A DNA stretch of 63,510 bases, filler included, from Craspedostauros australis (lineage: Eukaryota): assembly GCA_030167865.1 (NCBI GenBank). It is 12 parts of 12 records of this genome, joined end to end, with 100 filler letters (N's around TTAATTAATTAA, not from the genome) between each part and the next. Parts side by side here need not be neighbours in the genome. Positions count along the whole stretch, not along the records: positions 55,482 to 58,575 come from JALAGF010003445.1; positions 58,676 to 62,224 come from JALAGF010003447.1; positions 62,325 to 63,510 come from JALAGF010003470.1; 9 more parts are not named here. One strand, 5' to 3'. A model generated the notes under the pieces. The model had not been told where the DNA came from, did not search any database, and saw only the letters and a list, made by a program, of their open reading frames with translations. The number at the start of each line of letters is the position of its first letter. Positions within the stretch are counted from its first letter, which is position 1. Both the position numbers and the translations under genes were made by a program. Shown one piece after another: positions 56,159 to 63,510 of the stretch.

Positions 56159-58287
56159 ATGACCTCGCGCTTCCTCTTCGCACGCATCACCATCGCCGCT
56201 GCCATGGCGGGCGACATGGTGGCTGGTGCCAAATGCGGCAATCCATGGCGTGAGCCCTGCCTCTCTGATTCAGATCCTCGCTACAAGGATAATGCCAAGT
56301 ATGACATTGCCGATCAGCCAGGAATCTTGGTACGTCTTCGCAACGCAACGAGGGTAGCATGTTCATGTTTGCACCTCTGCCAGTACTGTCCACCCCCTTC
56401 GTCCTCACCTCACCTTTTTCCTATTCTCCGTTGTGTGGCCAATTTTCTGTTTGGCATATCCCCGCGCATACTTCTGCTTCTTTCTTTCTCTCTCTCTCTC
56501 TCTCTCTCTCTCAAGCCCGCCTTTGATGGGTTCTTCGTCTGTGATTCGTACACTTACGGAGCAGACTCCCAGCCTCTCGTGGTGGCACCAGCCTCCATTG
56601 CTGGACTAGGAACCATCTTGACGGGTGGGTTCCCATCAAAGACGTACAGCAACTACACGCACTCAGGGACAAGGACATTCCATCATCGATACAGAATCAT
56701 GCCCCCAGCACCAGAGGTCGGCACGATCGGGCTGGCGCAGGCCTTGGACGTCTATGGAACGTCAACCTTTGAGCTGGATGGGAGAACTGTCACCTTGCCG
56801 TTTCGACAAAACCTGGGTTCCCCTCGCCGCCAGGCAGGTGAAGAAAACACGATCACATACCCGGTTGGAAATGACACCACTGTAACCAAAGGAGTCCTCG
56901 TGGGTCGGAGCATCTTGACCACCGTGACCACAATCACATGCCTCGATGCGGCCTGCAGTGCTCAAAGCGAGATCAATTCTGTTTACAACAACTCCAAGTT
57001 GCTCTTTTTCTTGAGCTGCAACAGCCAGCGCATCACAGAAGACGAGTTCATTGCGGGCATCAGGAGCACCTACGACGAGTTCGTCGTCCCTGAAGCACTC
57101 CGCATCGAGGTCCCCATGACCAACACTTCGCTGACTGGCGTTTACCCATCAGAGGAGCAATGGTGTGAGGCAAGTACATCTATTCTGTATTCTACAGATG
57201 CCAAGGCTTACATTTTCGTAGCGCAGTTGGCATCGGCGATCTTTTTGACTTCATAAATCTGCCGCTGCTTCCTCCTCTCACATTCTCGATCTTCTTTCAT
57301 TTGCCATCTCTCCCGTCCCTCCATGCATTCCACCAATCAATCAACCAATCAATCATTCAATCCATGGACGACACAGTTCGATCCCAACTGCGCCACAAAC
57401 CCATACCAAGAGCCAACCACACCCGTCAAGTCGGGAGTCATCGCTGGATTCACCATCGGCGGTGTCCTCCTCTTTCTCATCGTAGTCGCCATCGCAGTCT
57501 ACATCTACAACAAACAGCAGGCAAAGAGATACCGTGCCGTATTCGCCGCACGTGTTGCACAGACTATGAGCATCCGCGTACCGGCCAGACGCATGGATGC
57601 CGCTACATTGGCACATGAGTTCCAGAAGATCGACGCCCAATCCACGGCCAACAAGAGCGACCGACGTGCAAGCTCCGTTGGCAACATCACGAAGGAGGGC
57701 ATGTGGGAGTTCTTGAGCTCTGGAAAGGCGGTCGAAATGAACCGTCATGACTTCGAAGCGTTGTGGGCAGTGATGGATGCAGATGGCAGCGGATATGTTG
57801 ACTTCCTTGAGTTCTGTGCTTTCATGGGTCAGGTGAGTGTGTTTCCTGTTCTGTGGGGTGGCACAGTGCGTTTCATGTGGTATGAGTGGGTGGTTTGTGT
57901 GAATGGTATGCGCAGCTGGTATGATGGTGCGCATGTATGATGTATCTGTGTTTCCGACCATTCAGCCGTTCAGCCATCCATCCATTCATTCATTCATTCG
58001 TCACACTATCGTACTCGCATCTGACATGATATCTTTGTTCTGAAACCATCCATCTCTTTCCGCTACGATCTTTGGTTGCTTCTTCGACTGTGCAGTGCCA
58101 TGAGGAGTACGACAATGCTCGCGAGAATCGCATGTTGATGGCAGAGCGTTTGTCCCGCCGTTTCTCCATGCGCCTGTCGCAAATCGAGGAAGACGCCGCA
58201 GGTCAAGCAGTTGCTGAAGCAGGCGCAGGTGCAGTGGACTCGACCGAGAATGTCGGAGAAGCCGAGGAGAATGACGAAGAGGTCTAG
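56159..58287 (+). CDS. Version B (allele or paralog) of the EF-hand membrane protein; exons 56159-56329, 56516-57169, 57377-57832, 58096-58287
   Basis: Collinear with version A. The contig starts and ends on the same sequence as contig 52302-55381. Confidence 0.8.
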
Positions 58288-58677
58288 AGCGATCCAGGAC
58301 CTCCGAAACACGAACAACGCAAACAGATTGTTCCCAACATATCGGCGATCGCAGGACTGCTTAGTCACGAGAGCATCCAATGGCACCGAATCATGACCAC
58401 CGTACTGGATGGAATCTGCAGCGGCCCAGTTGCGATGTCCAACATGACGAGTATCGTATTTTCGCTAGCCAGGGTTGTGCGGCGCCAAATCCCGTTTCCA
58501 TATCATCAGTGAATGTGTGCTCGAATCAACTTTGTGTACGAGGAGAGCAGGTGATGTGAATGTGTGGGAGTATATNNNNNNNNNNNNNNNNNNNNNNNNN
58601 NNNNNNNNNNNNNNNNNNNTTAATTAATTAANNNNNNNNNNNNNNNNNNNNNNNNNNNNNNNNNNNNNNNNNNNNCC

Positions 58678-60078
58678 GCTCTCATGGCTGCCATCGCCGA
58701 GGAGGAAGCAGCCATTGCCAAGCACCTCATCAGCATCCAAAGCAAGAAGCAGTCGGTGCAGACTCTGGTGGCCAACATCAGTCGAACAGGCAAGGAATCG
58801 ACAGTGGTGAAGAGAGAGGCGGAACAGCACGCAAGGATGTTGGGCAGGGATCGAGTGAGGTGCAGGAGTCTGCGGATGAAGCTTCTATCGGATCTGCAGT
58901 CCATCTATCCCATTCGATGTGCGGTGGGTGTGTGCAGTCAGTTGAGTATGAACGCAAAGCAAAGGCAGGCTGATGCAGTCGGAACGGAGTCGGGCACATT
59001 GATACCAGGCGGACCGAATCATGCAAGCAGGAGCAGGTCAGCCAGTGGTGATGTTGCCGTTAATGTTGGCGTTGATGTTGATGGTCATCAACACACCAGT
59101 TCGGCTGCAAACGCAGAATCGGTAGATGTGCATCGCATGAACATGAACATGAACACGAGCATGAATACAGATGGGAATGCAAGTGCGGGTGCTGCGTACA
59201 CCTCGGTTCCAAAGGCAGCAAACACAGTCTCAGATGCCTCCATGACTCAGAGTGGAAGTGAAAGGATGCCAGTCAGCCCGGTAGCAGCGTCGCGATCTGG
59301 AGCATCTACCTCCATGTCCACGAAAAGGAACCTTCACAATGATTTCATCGATGGCGGCAATGACACAAGTGCAAACGCAAGTATTGGGAAGACCGTGAAT
59401 CATGAGGCGCATGCCCGAGATGGGCAGCTTGCAAGCCATCACCATCACTACAATGATCATGTTCATATCCATACGAGTACCAATGAGAGTGGAGCATACA
59501 TCATCCCAACCATTCGCGGACTGAGAACGCCACCGAGATCCAATCATGCCGCCGTCGCCAACTCTGGCCGGGCCGCGTATTCGCATTCGACGGGGGTCAT
59601 GGACAATGCCCAAACGTTGGGCCAAATGCCACCTCCACCATCATCATCAGCAGCAGCAGCAGCTGCAGCTGCAGCAACAAAGAAAGCAGCAATCACAACA
59701 AAAACAGGCACCAAGTCAACAGCAACATCTACCGCAAGCACAGCTGCTGCCAGTACACCGATCTCGGATGAGGAGGCATCCGCTGCCCTTGGTTTCACAT
59801 GTCACGCCATCCTCCTCGTCAGCAAGTACCTGTCGGTTCCGCTGCGGCATCGCATCATCCACAACTCGTCGCGCTCCGGCATCATGGTGGACAAAGGCAC
59901 CATGCTGCCACTGTTCGTGGCGCGGTCCGTGAACCGTGACGAGCTGGACGAAGCCTTGTCGCTGCTGCACAGCAACGTGGACACGATCGCAAGCAGCCGA
60001 GGGATCAATGTGTTTGGGGATTGGCACATTCTGGAGAAGCTGAACGTGATCATCGGTCATGAACTGAGGATGTTATGA
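58678..60078 (+). CDS. UVRAG/Vps38 (ATG14-family) PI3K complex subunit-like protein; 5' end truncated
   Basis: Coiled coil ending LLSDLQSIYPI, then ALGFTCHAILLVSKYLSVPLRHRI...SRS...LPLF...ALSLLHSNV, split by low-complexity inserts. Confidence 0.7.
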   Translation, partial: ALMAAIAEEEAAIAKHLISIQSKKQSVQTLVANISRTGKESTVVKREAEQHARMLGRDRVRCRSLRMKLLSDLQSIYPIRCAVGVCSQLSMNAKQRQADAVGTESGTLIPGGPNHASRSRSASGDVAVNVGVDVDGHQHTSSAANAESVDVHRMNMNMNTSMNTDGNASAGAAYTSVPKAANTVSDASMTQSGSERMPVSPVAASRSGASTSMSTKRNLHNDFIDGGNDTSANASIGKTVNHEAHARDGQLASHHHHYNDHVHIHTSTNESGAYIIPTIRGLRTPPRSNHAAVANSGRAAYSHSTGVMDNAQTLGQMPPPPSSSAAAAAAAAATKKAAITTKTGTKSTATSTASTAAASTPISDEEASAALGFTCHAILLVSKYLSVPLRHRIIHNSSRSGIMVDKGTMLPLFVARSVNRDELDEALSLLHSNVDTIASSRGINVFGDWHILEKLNVIIGHELRML

Positions 60079-60537
60079 GTGCAGTTCGAGCACTCTAATT
60101 AGCATTACGGTGAATTACGATGCTGGAACGATCCAAGAATAGCACAGCACAAGGTCGATTCGCTTTCATACTCGTAGACACCTCCAAAGGACGCAGCAGG
60201 TGCTGCAATAAAGCCGATGCTGCTGATTGTTTCTTTGGCATTACATTTTCCGCGATTGCCTTTCTACGCTGTTGTTACAAGTACGACGACACACCAGCTT
60301 GCCGAGACCCCAAGCTGCACCTCTTGCTCCTCTGCTGTTACGAGCATTTGCATGGGATTGGGTATCGGATTGGGCAGGCACGTTGGTACAAGTATACTCT
60401 ACTCTCTTTGTTGTTTCCGTTCCGTTAAACGCCATGTGTACCATACACGTATAGTGTCATGTTATCGCAGTGCCACGAAATGCACCGATTGTCCGCATGA
60501 GCTCGCAGGCTGCTGTCGTTGCAATCTCGAGAGCCTT

Positions 60538-61826
60538 CTAAGATCTCTGTGTGTATGCATCTCTGAGCAGCTGAACGATAATGAACATGGAGACGGTGTG
60601 ACCACCGCAACGCAAATAGTACGGCAGGTATCCCTTGTAGAGGCCCATGATGCCCTCCTCGGCAGCGACCTTGCGCAGAGTCTGCAATGCTCCTGTGTAC
60701 GGGAGCAGTCCGGTCTTTGGATCTGGTTTCTGTGACGCCATTCTGTTCTTCGATGCCTCAAGCGGCATGGTTGCGATACTGTAAATGAGACCTGATGTCA
60801 TGGCCGCCGAGAACACGTTGGGGATGCTGTTCTTCTTCTGTCCGAGCATGTCGGCGTACATGGTCTTGAATTGATCGAGGGTGGCAACCTGGAACACACC
60901 GACCATCATGGCACGCGCCACGAACGGGTTGGAACCTCTCCAGAAGGCGGCGAAGCCCTCCTCGCGGGCGATCCGCATCGAGGTGTCGAACACGTTCTTG
61001 TAGTTTCTGCGCTCGCTCTCTGGCAGTGTCGAATCGTTCGACATTCTCACAACGGCAACCTCCATGGGACAGGAGATGTAAGCAGCAATTCCACCGGTGA
61101 TGGCTCCCACAACAACTCTGTGGAAATGGAAAGCAAACCAAATGAGAGTGTGGCGATCATGGCATACCATGGTTTGAATATGCATGCGTAACATTACCGT
61201 TTGTGTGGATGGACAATTCGCAACAAGAGTAGAGCGTGGTGAGAGCGAATTTGGCATTGAAATTGTTGGGTGAGCGAGTCATTCCTTACTTGAGCTGGGG
61301 CAACCGAAGGGAGATCACCGGAGCAAGTACGATCCACCACCCTTGCACATGCGCACTTTCATGCCATCCAATTGAGATGCCTCCTTGCATACGAGTGAGT
61401 ACGTGCGAGGAGGGCAAAAAAGACAGATCGGTGTCATCGACTTTCGCAGCTTGGGACTTACCGCGATGCGAAGTCGGTCTTTCCGCGGTATTCGTGGAGT
61501 ATGTCACGGAATTCCTCGAACAGACCGAAGCGGGTGGATGCGTAGAAGACCTGACGCATGACACCTGCCGACAGACCATCGTAGACCGACATCAAGCCTT
61601 GCTCCTTGATCATGGTGCCCAGGCTGAAGGTCTTGCCCTGCATGCTGGCGAGACTCGCTCGGACGGCGATGGTGTTGGCTGGATGCACGACGCACCATCC
61701 CAGCACACCTCCGAGGCCTGATGTCGCAAAGACCATAGGCTTGCTGAGGGCTGGTGCTGGAGCGGCGGTCTTTGCCGCTGGGGCGGGGGATGCCGCCATG
61801 AAGAAGTTTGGTCCGGTTGGGATCAT
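60538..61826 (-). CDS. Mitochondrial carrier family protein, 2-oxoglutarate/malate (dicarboxylate) carrier-like; exons 61826-61462 and 61117-60538
   Basis: Three carrier repeats (HPANTIAVR, CPMEVAVVRM, MPLEASKNRM), plus GLSAGVMRQVFYASTRFG and RRNYKNVF. Phase-2 GT-AG intron. The start could lie further upstream. Confidence 0.88.
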
Positions 61827-62324
61827 CGTTGGTTGCACTGGTACGACTATGGCATGTACTTGGTGGTGTGACACAATGAGGAATTCGTTGTTGCTGTGTT
61901 TGTGAGGGCTGCGACAGTTGTGGAGTGAGGCGTGTGAAGTGACGTCGGATGGCCGATTCGTTGAACTTTCCTTGTGATGACAGGTGTCAATGACCAACAA
62001 CCGAAGTTGTGGTGTGCGCTCGTGCGTGGTTTTGGTGACCTTCGCTGATTTTGGTGAGTGGTTGTGAGAGGGGTTGGAAATGCAAATACGTTTTGTGGGG
62101 AAATAGATTCGTGGGCACTTACTTAGTCTCATTCAAGTTCGGTCTGGGACACCCGGCAAAAAGCAACGGAAACGAAAATCGACTAGTACGACTAATTCGA
62201 CACCCAAGAACGATTTTGTCACTCNNNNNNNNNNNNNNNNNNNNNNNNNNNNNNNNNNNNNNNNNNNNTTAATTAATTAANNNNNNNNNNNNNNNNNNNN
62301 NNNNNNNNNNNNNNNNNNNNNNNN

Positions 62325-63189
62325 TTCATCAGCCCGTTCATCATCTTTATCTTTGCCATCATCGTCTTCGACATCGATTCGAATGGGATCGAAAGGATTC
62401 GAAGGATCACGAAAGATACCGTCATCAGAGTCATCGTCGTCAGATGCAGCCTCCGGTTCATTCTTTTTCCATCGGACTCCCTTCCGAATGGGTTGGAACC
62501 CATCGTCATCGGCTGCGTTCGTCCCTTCCGGCTCCTTGGTCTCCAGAATGCGGACGTTGTCTCCAGCTGCCGTCCAGCCTTGATGTTCCCCAAATGTCTT
62601 GTCGATCCAGGTCACATCTCTCGTGTGAACGATCGCATTGGTATCAGGATTGAACATCCTGAATACTCCCGATGCGTGCCTTGTGCTGTATCCCACAAAG
62701 ACCATTGGCTTACCGCGGTTCCGCAACTTCGCCGTGATCTTGCCGTGAAGTGACTTCACTATGCCAACCTCTCCGAACGTCCTCAAATGCTCGAGAAACT
62801 TTGGTGGAGAACCGAAGAACGCCTCGTGGGGAGACTTCCGATTGAGCTTAGTGACCAGGATGTTGGACAAGAGCGTGGCTGTCTCCGCTGCCTCAGCGCA
62901 TTAGCCGTGACGGGCCTTGTCGTTGAGCTGAGCGGAATTCAGCATGGACCGAACTTTGCCGTATAGAGCAGAAAATTTCCTCTCTACCCTTCCATTTTGC
63001 TGTGGAGTATGTGGTGCAGTGAGTTGCATGCTGACATCCCATCCAAGGGATCGAAGGTGATGCTCTGCATCGATGTTTTCGCCAGCGTTGTCGCCTCGAA
63101 AAAGCACCTTCTTGTCCTTGATAATCGGTTTGAGGTGAGACAGGAATGATTCCAGCTTCTTAGAAACCTCGTTCTTCGTGGTCAAGAAG
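62325..63189 (-). pseudogene. Degenerate Copia integrase fragment with a premature stop at 62903-62901
   Basis: RGDNAGEN, TAPHTPQQNGRVERK, *CAEAA (normally LWAEA), HLRTFG, AKLRNRG...FVGY, TRDVTW. Confidence 0.85.
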
Positions 63190-63510
63190 TGTTGGAAATC
63201 CGGGGTTATAGTTTGTACTAAGATCTAATCTGCTGTTAGAAACTGTACCGTTTTAGAACTGTGAGCACAATCTCACTTTCTCTTTAGATTTCATCTTCAT
63301 AGCAGGCATCTGTCGCGGTGGCAATACGGGGCGTCCTGTTGTCTCTTAGGTGCTTCCCTCTTCGTTCATCATGCTCTGTTCTTGCTTCCTTGTCTCTGCC
63401 TCGTCGTAGCTGTCTGTCGAGATGTGCATGTGAGTATACGTCAAGATGTACGTGTATATGTGCATCGTTCACCCGCTATTCTCTCATACACACTTGGACG
63501 GTATAACTAT
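63190..63510. mobile_element. Probable LTR terminus of a second element inserted into the integrase
   Basis: Integrase coding sequence ends abruptly at 63189, next to TGTTGGAAAT..., a typical LTR end, followed by non-coding sequence. Confidence 0.55.

Noticed and set aside
56330..56515. Intron 1 of version B is in frame and stop-free
   Set aside because: Explained by (CT)n length change and small indels. Version A's intron is out of frame, so coding use is unlikely.

Overview
Eukaryotic nuclear DNA, most likely from a diatom. Evidence: GT-AG introns, a bipartite plastid-targeting presequence, a DUF6824-type gene, and CoDi-like Copia and Ambal-like LINE elements. The window is not one locus. 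It is 12 contigs joined by 11 artificial 100-nt spacers (N44-TTAATTAATTAA-N44), and several contigs overlap or are alternative versions of each other, so gene adjacency across spacers means nothing. Main contents: (1) a two-exon peroxiredoxin-like (SelU/PRXL2/AhpC-TSA_2) gene that the ORF track splits at an in-frame UGA in a UxxC motif; it has a SECIS candidate with standard spacing in its 3' UTR and a plastid presequence, making it a predicted plastid selenoprotein. (2) A nested insertion: an apparently intact APE-RT-RNaseH LINE with no AUG ahead of its ORF2 endonuclease, inside a Copia element with TA...TA LTR ends, inside a DUF6824 gene. (3) Three STAND ATPase/TPR (COG3899-like) genes with no kinase module in their visible parts. 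(4) A long RelA/SpoT homolog with a 1-nt frameshift. (5) A hybrid histidine kinase on a contig with 1.28-kb identical terminal repeats. (6) Two versions of a single-pass EF-hand membrane protein that differ only in the extracellular half. (7) A MITE-like element, a decayed membrane-protein pseudogene, a PDZ-like protein, a UVRAG-like protein, a mitochondrial carrier and a second nested Copia fragment. All family assignments come from motif recognition by eye; no searches were run.
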